Source: a virus
Lineage: Duplodnaviria; Caudoviricetes
DNA length: 37,208 nt
Virus record (IMG/VR): IMGVR_UViG_3300027900_000002
Span: 1 to 37,208 of that record
Strand: one strand, 5' to 3'
The translations under genes and the position numbers were made by a program. This document shows, piece after piece, positions 14,945-23,234 of the stretch (within the stretch, counting starts at the first letter, position 1; every line of letters begins with the position of its first letter). The notes beneath the pieces were generated by a model, which ran no database searches, was not told the origin of the DNA, and was given only the letters and a program-made list of their open reading frames with translations.

Positions 14945-15248
14945 AACATGCCTGACCGATGGCAGCGAAGTGACACCGGATCACCGTGAGATTGATCCGG
15001 CAACCGGATTGCAGAAGGGCTATGTCGCGCTGTGTCCTGAAGAACTCGCAAAGGGATATGTGCGACCAGTGCGCCGCAGCTACAAGCACACCAAATGCGG
15101 AACGGTCACGACGATGCATCATTCACTTGCGGCAACCTATGCGCGTGATCCGAAGTCCTACTACGGGACATACTGCGTCGGGTGCAGGAACCACTTCCCG
15201 GTTGCCGAATTTACATGGGAGCCGGACGGTTCTGTGGTTGGATCGTGA
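14928..15248 (+). CDS. Zn-binding phage protein (start MNDEPKT...)
   Basis: GAGGA SD; HTKCGTVTTM...TYCVGCRNHFP. Confidence 0.65.
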   Translation: MNDEPKTCLTDGSEVTPDHREIDPATGLQKGYVALCPEELAKGYVRPVRRSYKHTKCGTVTTMHHSLAATYARDPKSYYGTYCVGCRNHFPVAEFTWEPDGSVVGS

Positions 15249-15252
15249 CGCA

Positions 15253-15281
15253 TAACACCTACCACCCACCCTATTGGGAAA
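15253..15281 (+). repeat. Intergenic direct repeat, copy B
   Basis: TAACACCT-ACCACCCACCCT-A-TTGGGAAA. Confidence 0.8.
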
Positions 15282-15291
15282 TGGAGGGAAT

Positions 15292-15492
15292 ATGCGACAA
15301 GCAGAATATCAGGCTTTGAAGCGGCTTCTAGCAGAGAAAAGAATAAAGCTCATGCCTGACCCGCCGAAAGCAAGCAAAAGAGTGCGAAGCACGCAACGTT
15401 ATGCTGACGAGGTTTCTGCATGGCAGGAGGAATGCGATCAAATAGACACACTACTCGAAGAATTTAATTCGTGCCGGCCCACCAAACCCTAA
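15292..15492 (+). CDS. Hypothetical protein (start MRQAEYQ...)
   Basis: GGAGGGAATATG initiation region. Confidence 0.6.
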   Translation: MRQAEYQALKRLLAEKRIKLMPDPPKASKRVRSTQRYADEVSAWQEECDQIDTLLEEFNSCRPTKP

Positions 15493-15513
15493 CTCCTGCA
15501 CAGAGGACTGGGC

Positions 15514-15828
15514 ATGCACATCTACCGCTTCACTCGTCGCCTGATCGCCACACGGAACGCCAAGAGCAAGAGCTTCCGGCATCGGTGCAGAACGATATGG
15601 GATACCTGTTGGGCGGAAAGGATTGGTTGCGGGCTGTTGACGTATTTGATTGAGCATGAGAACCATAACATACGTACCGACAAGCCTTGGGAATGTCCTT
15701 GGGGACTTTGCAACCACCAGCAGGCGCAGGAGTGCCACAATAATCTTAACCCGCGCAAAGGATGCGGCGGACGATTCCCGCACGGAACCACGCCGCAGCA
15801 GGCGAAACATCTGATTATAGGACGGTAA
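15514..15828 (+). CDS. Cys/His-rich hypothetical protein
   Basis: GAGGA SD; fills the gap in the co-oriented operon. Confidence 0.45.
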   Translation: MHIYRFTRRLIATRNAKSKSFRHRCRTIWDTCWAERIGCGLLTYLIEHENHNIRTDKPWECPWGLCNHQQAQECHNNLNPRKGCGGRFPHGTTPQQAKHLIIGR

Positions 15829-15832
15829 CTAT

Positions 15833-16105
15833 ATGAGCATTACGATTGAGGAAGTAATCCGGTGGAGAGAAGGTGACGGGCTTCTTTACTGGACAGAGGA
15901 AGAATTAGCAGACGCATTTATTTCCCAGCACAAAGAACTTGAAATTCTGCGCGCGCAGCTTGCCGAGAAGGATGCGATTCTGGCGAAGTGTGCTGAGGCA
16001 TTATGCGAAGCCTACAACGAACTCTATGCGTATTACTACGACCATCCTGTAAAAGTTCGTCTCCGAAACATGATGGAAGAATTAGAGCAAAAGTTGAGTC
16101 GTTAA
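15833..16105 (+). CDS. Hypothetical helical protein
   Basis: Co-oriented; 90 aa. Confidence 0.6.
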   Translation: MSITIEEVIRWREGDGLLYWTEEELADAFISQHKELEILRAQLAEKDAILAKCAEALCEAYNELYAYYYDHPVKVRLRNMMEELEQKLSR

Positions 16106-16196
16106 CGAGTTTGGTATTAAGCACTGTTAGGGAAGAAATATGTCGTTTAGCGCCCACTAAACCAGAACCCGGCACCTAGGAACCTGAGAGAAACTC

Positions 16197-16745
16197 ATGC
16201 TGACACAAGAACGATTGAAAGAATTGCTAATTTACAGTCCTGAAACTGGCAGATTATTTTGGAAAACGAGAATAAATAATAGGATTAACATTGGAGATGA
16301 AGCCGGAAGGATTACAGAATCCGGATATAGGAAATTGTCAATTGATTGCCATGAATACCGTTCGCATAGAGTTATATGGATGTTAATTCATGGTGAATGG
16401 CCATCAAATGAAGTTGACCATATAAACGGAATAAAGGATGACAACAGAATAGAAAATCTGCGTATTGCAACTAGGTCACAGAACAATATGAACACAAAAT
16501 TGCGCAAGGATAATACTTCTGGATATAGGGGAGTTACTTGGTTAAAGTCAAAGAAAAAGTGGAGAGCTAGTTGCTGTGTAAATGGTAAGTGTATAAATAT
16601 CGGACATTTTTACACTAAAGAAGAAGCCTATGAAGCTTATGTAAAGGTAGCAAAAGAAGAACACGGAAAATTCTATAGCATCACCAGCGAACCTCTGCCC
16701 CAAAACCAGCAAACCAACCACCAGAAGTATCAATCGAACCAATAA
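16197..16745 (+). CDS. HNH-AP2 homing endonuclease
   Basis: MLTQERLKELL...SHRVIW...EVDHINGIKDDNRIENLR...N plus SGYRGVTW AP2 domain; AT-rich. Confidence 0.93.
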   Translation: MLTQERLKELLIYSPETGRLFWKTRINNRINIGDEAGRITESGYRKLSIDCHEYRSHRVIWMLIHGEWPSNEVDHINGIKDDNRIENLRIATRSQNNMNTKLRKDNTSGYRGVTWLKSKKKWRASCCVNGKCINIGHFYTKEEAYEAYVKVAKEEHGKFYSITSEPLPQNQQTNHQKYQSNQ

Positions 16746-17235
16746 TTGCCCCCCTTACTGCTTTGACCTGAATGACCTCTATTCTACCATCTGCCCTTAA
16801 TACTCCTCCTGAAACACCGTCCCTAGCCCCGTAGGATACTCCCAGAGCGTTTCTACGGTTGAAACCAATGAAAGGTAACGGGTCCTGACGTACATACATC
16901 TCAGTTGATCCTAGGCCGGAATCATAAACACTGGTAATAGTTCTGGGATATTCGTCTCCAGGTATACTAGTAGACGCTGTAACATGCTTGTCTGGGTCAG
17001 ACTTGACACTCTCAGGCAGTCCTAGTTCCTTTTTGGCCTTGGCCTTGTATACCACGACAGGCTTGTCTTTAAGCGTTTCTTTCTCGATCTTGGCTAACTC
17101 TTTAGAAGGAGTTGCTAATACAGACTGAGGGATCATGCGGTTTATGGTGTTGTAGGCGCAGATACCACCGGCTATCACAAGGCCCATAACGAGGCCAGCG
17201 GCGAAGGTTTTGAAGTGATCGCGGTCTATTTTCAT
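16681..17235 (-). CDS. N-terminally anchored membrane protein with C-terminal beta strands (candidate lysis accessory)
   Basis: TM FAAGLVMGLVIAGGICAY; ends GGWFAGFGAEVRW; last gene of the lysis cassette. Confidence 0.65.
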   Translation of the reverse strand: MKIDRDHFKTFAAGLVMGLVIAGGICAYNTINRMIPQSVLATPSKELAKIEKETLKDKPVVVYKAKAKKELGLPESVKSDPDKHVTASTSIPGDEYPRTITSVYDSGLGSTEMYVRQDPLPFIGFNRRNALGVSYGARDGVSGGVLRADGRIEVIQVKAVRGAIIGSIDTSGGWFAGFGAEVRW

Positions 17236-17474
17236 CGTAGCGCCCCGCAGGTAGGACAGAAGTTTCCCTTATTCAATTCATTCCGCATGGCGCGGACACA
17301 TACACCAAGACGTTCCGGCCTGATTACCGTGGAGATCAGATGGTCATTGTGTCTCATGGTAACTCGGATATATCTCCCGTATGTCTTTTCCAGAAGCAGA
17401 GGAAACCCGTTAGTCTGATGCTTGGCGGCTAACTCCACGAAATCGGATGGCGTGCTAGCCTCTAAGGCGTTCAT
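17232..17474 (-). CDS. Hypothetical protein with C-terminal CPTCG
   Basis: ATGA-coupled at both ends. Confidence 0.55.
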   Translation of the reverse strand: MNALEASTPSDFVELAAKHQTNGFPLLLEKTYGRYIRVTMRHNDHLISTVIRPERLGVCVRAMRNELNKGNFCPTCGALR

Positions 17475-17654
17475 TTCTTCGGAAAGATCAGCTCTGCCTT
17501 AAGTGGGTCGGTTTTGCACTGGCAGGTGACTTTCACTTCTTGGCAAACCTGTTTTGCCTCTGCTGATTTGTAGGCCATTGTTGCCCCGGTTCAGCCCATC
17601 GACCGAGAGCGAGGATGATGCCAGCTTTGGCGAAGGGCATGATTGTTTCCATGT

Positions 17655-17975
17655 TCATTGTGTCAACCTCACGCCAATAGGTGAATCGGGCAGATTAGAT
17701 GGGGTAATGTCCTTCACAGCCGGACCGAAATCCGGGATTGGCTCAGGGGATTTCTCTTCCCAACACCAACGTCCCTTCCAGACTGTCAGGACTGCACAAG
17801 TAAGGATAGCCCCACCGATTACGTACTTGGCGCTTTCGTTGTCTTTGCTGAGATAAACGTACTCGGTTTTGACCGTTTGATGGTCATGATGTCGGTCGCT
17901 GGCTTCGACTTTCTTCACGGCTACGATCATGGCGAAGATGATTGTTACCACAATCCAGGGGATGTGCTTTGTCAT
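17655..17975 (-). CDS. Two-TM membrane protein (start MTKHIPW...)
   Basis: ATGA overlap at 17975; two hydrophobic segments. Confidence 0.6.
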   Translation of the reverse strand: MTKHIPWIVVTIIFAMIVAVKKVEASDRHHDHQTVKTEYVYLSKDNESAKYVIGGAILTCAVLTVWKGRWCWEEKSPEPIPDFGPAVKDITPSNLPDSPIGVRLTQ

Positions 17976-18184
17976 TTGGCAATCTGCGTCTTGATTCGGA
18001 GAAGGATGAACAATACACCAGCGGCCCGGAAAAGCCACTCGTACATGGTTGGAGTCATGTGTTCCTTCACGGTCGGCAGAAAGGCCAGAATATCAGGCGC
18101 GGCCATCAACAGGGCGGCGGCGTACATCGTCCAGCTTTTGCCTATCCAGCTTGCCCGTTTCGCTAGTTTAATTGCTGCTTTCAT
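17972..18184 (-). CDS. Second holin-like two-TM protein
   Basis: AAGGAG SD; KSWTMYAAALLMAAP...AAGVLFILLRIKTQ. Confidence 0.6.
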   Translation of the reverse strand: MKAAIKLAKRASWIGKSWTMYAAALLMAAPDILAFLPTVKEHMTPTMYEWLFRAAGVLFILLRIKTQIAK

Positions 18185-18549
18185 TGAGTCTCCTTACATT
18201 GATAAACCGATCTCTCCCACCTGTCCTTGCAGTATTCACCGGCACAGGTTTTTATCTGTACGGGAAGCCACTGAGCGTTGCTTACGCTATCACAGCCGCA
18301 AGATGCGAGTGGCAAAACGTGATCAACTTGCCATCCGGGACAAGCGCCACTTGTCAGTCCGGTGGAAGGGCATGGGTACAGTTTGCGGAAGGCTGAATAA
18401 ACCCGGTAACTTCGGTAGATCGCCCCGGACGCATCGCGCTTCGGTTCGCCGCAATAACGTGTTTCGTCAATCTCTGTCGAAAAAGCTGTCGATGAAATTC
18501 CAGACAAAAAACAGACCACCGCTATTACCAGAAGGACGCGGAATATCAT
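18181..18549 (-). CDS. Signal-peptide-bearing HNH nuclease-like protein
   Basis: Signal MIFRVLLVIAVVCFLSGISSTAFS; FRKLYPCPSTG...CPGWQVDHVLPLASCGCDSVSNAQW...KDRWE. Confidence 0.75.
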   Translation of the reverse strand: MIFRVLLVIAVVCFLSGISSTAFSTEIDETRYCGEPKRDASGAIYRSYRVYSAFRKLYPCPSTGLTSGACPGWQVDHVLPLASCGCDSVSNAQWLPVQIKTCAGEYCKDRWERSVYQCKETQ

Positions 18550-18983
18550 GTCAGTCCTTTCGTGTAGACGACTTTCCCGTTCGGGAATCTGGCGGTCAGC
18601 ACTTCACGCCGAAGCGGCTCAAGAGACAATCCGATATGTACCCACGATCCTCCTTCTTCTATTAACTGGTCGTACTCCACCGTGTCCTTGAGCGCCCGGC
18701 ATATCTCAATCGGTGTGCCGAAGGTTGATTTGAAATCACAGGCAAGCCCTAGCGGATGAACAGACTTTGACGAACCGCCTATGGCGGCGTTCAATTCATG
18801 ACAACGATACCAACTTGTAATCTGGATGGGCGAGTTAAGCATGTAGCGCACTCTCTCCATCAGTTCTGCTTGCCGCTTCACGTTATCCAGAAGCTCTGGA
18901 GGAAGGCTATTGTCTATCCCCTTGCGCGTAGCAGTCTGGCTGAATTCGACTTCTGCTAAGGTGAAATGCGGTGATATTTTCAT
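18546..18983 (-). CDS. Endolysin, peptidase M15 family
   Basis: HFTLAE...ITSWYRC..LNAAIGG...H..GLACD...DQLIEE...WVHI Zn ligands. Confidence 0.92.
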   Translation of the reverse strand: MKISPHFTLAEVEFSQTATRKGIDNSLPPELLDNVKRQAELMERVRYMLNSPIQITSWYRCHELNAAIGGSSKSVHPLGLACDFKSTFGTPIEICRALKDTVEYDQLIEEGGSWVHIGLSLEPLRREVLTARFPNGKVVYTKGLT

Positions 18984-19267
18984 TTCTTCCCCGTGAATTT
19001 GCGTAACAGAAGGATGGTTTCTCTTGTCCCGATATGCCCGGAGAACCCGGCAAATCCGGCAGCGGCCACTTCCCCAACGACTTGCGAAGCGATCAGGAAT
19101 ACAACGATTCCGATGGTTACGCTGGCTGTCAGGTCAATGACACCATCTCTCCACCATCCTGCGTTCATTTTCTTGTGTTTGTTGGCGATGTAGTAACGAA
19201 GCCAACTCCCAACAGCGGCTAGTCCACCGCCTACTGTTGCCCAAAATGTAGCGTCTTTCTCTGGCAC
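18980..19267 (-). CDS. Holin
   Basis: 2-3 TM segments, basic C-terminus, AGFSGHIGTR; directly upstream of the endolysin. Confidence 0.75.
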   Translation of the reverse strand: MPEKDATFWATVGGGLAAVGSWLRYYIANKHKKMNAGWWRDGVIDLTASVTIGIVVFLIASQVVGEVAAAGFAGFSGHIGTRETILLLRKFTGKK

Positions 19268-19336
19268 GTTATGGTTCCGTGTTTAATGGCGTTTAGTGAT
19301 AGTGGTTATTCATCCTTGACTGTTTATCCTTGTAGC

Positions 19337-19365
19337 TTGACAAGTGCTGATAAATGGTAAATACT
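19337..19365 (+). promoter_or_regulatory. Moron promoter
   Basis: TTGACA-N17-AATACT; palindrome AGCTAG-N6-CTAGCT at 19373-19390 just downstream. Confidence 0.6.
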
Positions 19366-19410
19366 GATTTACAGCTAGGCTAATCTAGCTTAACAACGAG
19401 GAGAAATGTC

Positions 19411-19593
19411 ATGTTCGATCCTATTACCGCTGCTTTTGGTGTTCTCTTGGGTGGTCTGGTTTCTGTAAATCAGACACCGCTTCCCACTTGCGAGGAACAG
19501 AAGAAAGAAAACGCAACCGCCTACAAGATGCAGCACGGTGGAATTACAAATGATGGGTATGTTGGTGCAAAACCGATGAAAACATGCAAATAA
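19411..19593 (+). CDS. Moron-encoded 60-aa membrane/exported peptide
   Basis: GAGGAG SD; hydrophobic N-terminus, two Cys; own promoter and terminator; opposite strand to the late operon. Confidence 0.7.
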   Translation: MFDPITAAFGVLLGGLVSVNQTPLPTCEEQKKENATAYKMQHGGITNDGYVGAKPMKTCK

Positions 19594-19600
19594 ACATAAT

Positions 19601-19626
19601 GCCCCGTGCATTTATTGGCACGGGGC
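19601..19626. terminator. Bidirectional terminator between moron and tail fibre gene
   Basis: GCCCCGTGC-N8-GCACGGGGC with A/T-rich flanks, between convergent stops. Confidence 0.75.
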
Positions 19627-19633
19627 TATTTGT

Positions 19634-21112
19634 TTATAGCTTTATCATCACGTTAAAGAATGTTGTTGGTTGCATTGTATTGTGAGCGGTTCCGCTTCCG
19701 TCCGACGGAACGTAAGCCGTTCCTGTTGCCCCGCCTGTTCCAACAGAAGCCTGAGCGCCAGTACCTCCTCCACCACCAGCAGTGTAGTAGGTGCCAGTGT
19801 GGTTGTGCGGTCCATTTTCTCCGTCTGTAGAAGAATGAGATTCTTCACCGACATGCTGACCGAGAGTCCTTACCGATAGACTCATGGTCATAGTGTGCGT
19901 GCCAGTACCGGCGTCGGTAATATTTATTACTGTTCCTGCGTGAGCATTCGCCAAAGATGTGGCTAATTGCAGTGTTGTGGCGGCTGTACGGATCACGTAA
20001 TAATCCGTTGCCGCCGATAATCCGGCAGGAAGTGTCGTAGTAGTCGCTACCTGTACAATAGCACCAGTGTAAAGACTTAGATTGCTATCTACTGTACAGA
20101 CATCCGTCCCTGCGTCTGCCGTGAACGTAGACGAGAAAGCTCCGGATGAACCGGTCCCGGCCATTGCTCTACCAACAGTACGCGGTATTCTAATACGCTT
20201 ATTGGCCGCATAATCAGCGGCGGCGCTAGCGCCGCGAGTTGATACGGCACCGGCGCTTGTATATATAGGACAATATGTATTTGAAATATTGTCCCAAATA
20301 AGAGCGAATAGAGTTTCTGTGTCTGCATTGGCTCTAGTTGTCGCGCTGGAAGAGGCGTTACCAATAGTGCCGTCATCCATGATGACCCATCCGGTATCGG
20401 CGGATGATTTAATCGTTAATTTCACGTCACCTGTAGAAAATGTATGATTACTCGTTACTGTTCCAGAAATAGAAACCGATCCTGGAAAAGTCCAAGTTGT
20501 ACCGCTGACAGTTACCCCCGGAACAGATGATCCTGTGGCAGACAATAGCGAATAACTAACAGCACTTAATCCAGAATCCAAAGTACCGGAGTCATTAACG
20601 ACTGTAACCGTGGTCAGTGTCGTGTAAGCTACCGCACTAATTCTGCTGTAGATCGTCCCTCCGCTATTCGTGGTCTTAACCCTGCGGCCTACGTGGTATG
20701 TGCTGGACTGATCGCCTGTTACCGTGAAACTGGTAGCGCTGACATAGGTAGGCGTAGACCCAGCGATCCACTGGTCAATGGTGACAGAGGTATCGTTGAT
20801 GCCGTCGATGTTGTTCCATGTCTCTATTGGTGAAGCAGGCGGGTCGGTATCCGTGGACGGGGCGAGGACAAACTTCACCGCCGCGCCGCCGATCTGCCAG
20901 ATGGGATAAGCGACTCCGGAACCATCTGCCGGAAAGCCTTTGGTGTTCAGGACAATCGGGTTGGCATGTGGTGAGGCTCCGGCTTCATCCTTGTAGGTCG
21001 TGACCTTTGTGGAAGAGCCTACCGCGTAGGTAAACAGTAGCGCCCCGGTGTAAGGCTTGCCGTTTGCATCAATGAACTGATGCGCGGAGAATGGGGAGAG
21101 ATAGTTAGCCAT
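19634..21112 (-). CDS. Tail fibre protein
   Basis: N-terminal QFIDANGKP..GALLFTY anchor; collar-like TGDVK...GWVIMDDG...LFALIW; C-terminal GEESH...PHNH...HNTMQP...NVMIKL. Confidence 0.85.
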   Translation of the reverse strand: MANYLSPFSAHQFIDANGKPYTGALLFTYAVGSSTKVTTYKDEAGASPHANPIVLNTKGFPADGSGVAYPIWQIGGAAVKFVLAPSTDTDPPASPIETWNNIDGINDTSVTIDQWIAGSTPTYVSATSFTVTGDQSSTYHVGRRVKTTNSGGTIYSRISAVAYTTLTTVTVVNDSGTLDSGLSAVSYSLLSATGSSVPGVTVSGTTWTFPGSVSISGTVTSNHTFSTGDVKLTIKSSADTGWVIMDDGTIGNASSSATTRANADTETLFALIWDNISNTYCPIYTSAGAVSTRGASAAADYAANKRIRIPRTVGRAMAGTGSSGAFSSTFTADAGTDVCTVDSNLSLYTGAIVQVATTTTLPAGLSAATDYYVIRTAATTLQLATSLANAHAGTVINITDAGTGTHTMTMSLSVRTLGQHVGEESHSSTDGENGPHNHTGTYYTAGGGGGTGAQASVGTGGATGTAYVPSDGSGTAHNTMQPTTFFNVMIKL

Positions 21113-21177
21113 TAGTTATAAATCCAGTAGACGATGATGGAAGCGATCAGGTATCCAAACAAAATTGGATCGGTCAT
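21112..21177 (-). CDS. 21-aa hydrophobic micro-ORF (not in track)
   Basis: MTDPILFGYLIASIIVYWIYN*; ATGA overlap upstream and TAATG overlap downstream. Confidence 0.55.
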   Translation of the reverse strand: MTDPILFGYLIASIIVYWIYN

Positions 21178-23234
21178 TGGTCCCTCATAAGAAACGGCGC
21201 TAACGCAGGCGGTAACAGGAACATCGGATCAGTGGCTGGCTTCGCTCCTGCTCCGGTAGGAATGCCAAGCATTCTCCCGGCTTCAATACTGGCCGACGAA
21301 CTTCGGAGCGGATCGGACAGGACTTTTGCCGCTGCTGGCAGAATCCCGCCGCTTAACTTGCTGGCTACGATATTCCCGCCGATGGTATCCAGGACGTTCG
21401 CCACAAGAGCCGCCGCAGTACGTGAGTTATTGACGGCTGACCCGGTAGGCTGGAACTGCTCATAACTCGCCACCCGTCCGATAGCCTTCAATGCTTGGAC
21501 TTCCTGCGGAGAGAAGAACATCGACAGCTTTGCGTCGCCGATGGAATTTAACGCTTTGTTGTAAGCGGTGCTGCTGAACTTCGCTAGTTCGTCGGCTTTT
21601 CCGCTGAGAGCCTGTGATTTCAACGTCTGGGCCACGTTGTTCTTGATCGCGGTCATGGCTTCCGGAACGTCTTTGATGAGTTCCCGAAGTTTTGCCACGG
21701 AACCGACAGACGCGGCGTTACCCTTGCCAATGATGAAATTCTGAACGAATTTGTCCGGTTCCACACCGTCACGGATCGCAGCTAGTGCTGGCGTATTTTC
21801 TACCGTCTGCATCCATGCTTTGTTGGCAGAGCGGGCGGCACCGAACGCGGCCTTTGCGCCTTCTCCTGCTGTTCCGATCATCGGTGTATTGTCCAATGCT
21901 TTACGGACAAGACCGAGTGCATAACGGGTATTTCCGTCCTGACTACCTGCCTGCATCTGACCCATGATTGTTTTCAGGACTTCCGCCTTATCCACAGTCA
22001 GAGTCTCTTTGCCAGCGGCAAGATTCATTAACTTGTTGCGGACGTTAGCGGGCAGGAATTCTGTCCTCAGATTCTCCTTGAGCGTGGACAGTGCATACTT
22101 ACCGAAGGCTTTACCGTCCAAAAGCGCGGAGCGTCCGGTTGAATCCTTGGCGGCGTCGTATAGGGAACCGATTTTCGCTTGTTCGGCGGCGTTTCTGGCC
22201 TCTACTGCTGAAATCACCTTTTGACCAGCCGCAAGCGTATCGTCTGCGGTTCCGGCACCCATCTGGTTGATGTTTTCGATCAGTTTCCGGGCGTTGGCAT
22301 TCTCAATCTGAGACAGAGCCTGTAGTTTCGGGTCTTGGGTGGATACTCCCAGAGCGGCCAGATTCTTCTGGCGTGTGACTACCCCAGGATCAAGCGTCAG
22401 CGGTCCTGCTGTCGGGGTAAGTCCGGTCATGCGGTAATCAACCAGTCTCCGCGCCATATCAGGCGTCATAGAACCTGAACGTACCGCCTTGGTCATGTCC
22501 TGATGTAGCTGTGCCTTGATCGTTGCCGGAATGTCAGACAGGCTTATTCCGCTAGGCTTCACTGCCTCATTGATAACAACGTCGATCTTGGCGGTAAGGT
22601 CTGGAGAGCCTTGTAAGCGATCTGTAAGCGACCTGACGGCACCGACAGCCTTTTGTGCTCCAGACATGGCTACAGGTGCCGCCACGCCTCCCACAATCGC
22701 GGCCACGGCCTGTGATAGCGGTTCGCCGCCCGTTTCACGCACAACCCCGCCTGCCGCCCCTGCGCCGGTTGCAGAGGCTAATTGCAGGTCTGGACGGTTT
22801 GACATGGCTTTCAAGACGGCTTGAGTCGTCCCCGTTGCTCCCTGTGCCAATTTACCGGCCATTCCGATACCTGCGCCGCTGGACGCGGCTAGTCGGGAAA
22901 TATCACCGACTACCCGTTCTGTCGGATTCTGAGCCTCGGGAAGTCCTAAAAGGTCAGACAATTCCTTACCGGAACGGCCTTGGATGTTCATGCCTGCGGC
23001 ATTCATACCAGCGCGAACCGGAGCAGCAACAAGATCGGCCAAATCTCCAACGCCTTCCAGGACGTGACGGCCTGTCAATCCTACTTGTCGCGGAATATCG
23101 CTGATTTCACGGTTTAGGCGTTGCCCGAAACCTTCTTCTGGTTGTGCCGCTTTCTGTGCTGGCGCTTCCTCAAGATCAGACAAACGCATAACCTTTTTCG
23201 GTTCGTCCATCTTGTCAAGGTCGGAGAGTCTCAT
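21174..23234 (-). CDS. DNA ejection/internal virion protein (P22 gp16-like position)
   Basis: 686 aa, Ala/Gly-rich helical; third large ORF after the gp10-like gene. Confidence 0.65.
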   Translation of the reverse strand: MRLSDLDKMDEPKKVMRLSDLEEAPAQKAAQPEEGFGQRLNREISDIPRQVGLTGRHVLEGVGDLADLVAAPVRAGMNAAGMNIQGRSGKELSDLLGLPEAQNPTERVVGDISRLAASSGAGIGMAGKLAQGATGTTQAVLKAMSNRPDLQLASATGAGAAGGVVRETGGEPLSQAVAAIVGGVAAPVAMSGAQKAVGAVRSLTDRLQGSPDLTAKIDVVINEAVKPSGISLSDIPATIKAQLHQDMTKAVRSGSMTPDMARRLVDYRMTGLTPTAGPLTLDPGVVTRQKNLAALGVSTQDPKLQALSQIENANARKLIENINQMGAGTADDTLAAGQKVISAVEARNAAEQAKIGSLYDAAKDSTGRSALLDGKAFGKYALSTLKENLRTEFLPANVRNKLMNLAAGKETLTVDKAEVLKTIMGQMQAGSQDGNTRYALGLVRKALDNTPMIGTAGEGAKAAFGAARSANKAWMQTVENTPALAAIRDGVEPDKFVQNFIIGKGNAASVGSVAKLRELIKDVPEAMTAIKNNVAQTLKSQALSGKADELAKFSSTAYNKALNSIGDAKLSMFFSPQEVQALKAIGRVASYEQFQPTGSAVNNSRTAAALVANVLDTIGGNIVASKLSGGILPAAAKVLSDPLRSSSASIEAGRMLGIPTGAGAKPATDPMFLLPPALAPFLMRDQ

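Noticed and set aside
14704-16130. Integron attC cassette array
   Set aside because: TAAC motifs occur at gene ends, but there are no attC-sized imperfect palindromes with matching GTTRRRY and no integron integrase.
19634-21112. Diversity-generating retroelement or invertible tail-fibre system
   Set aside because: No reverse transcriptase or invertase gene, and I saw no duplicated template of the fibre 3' end.
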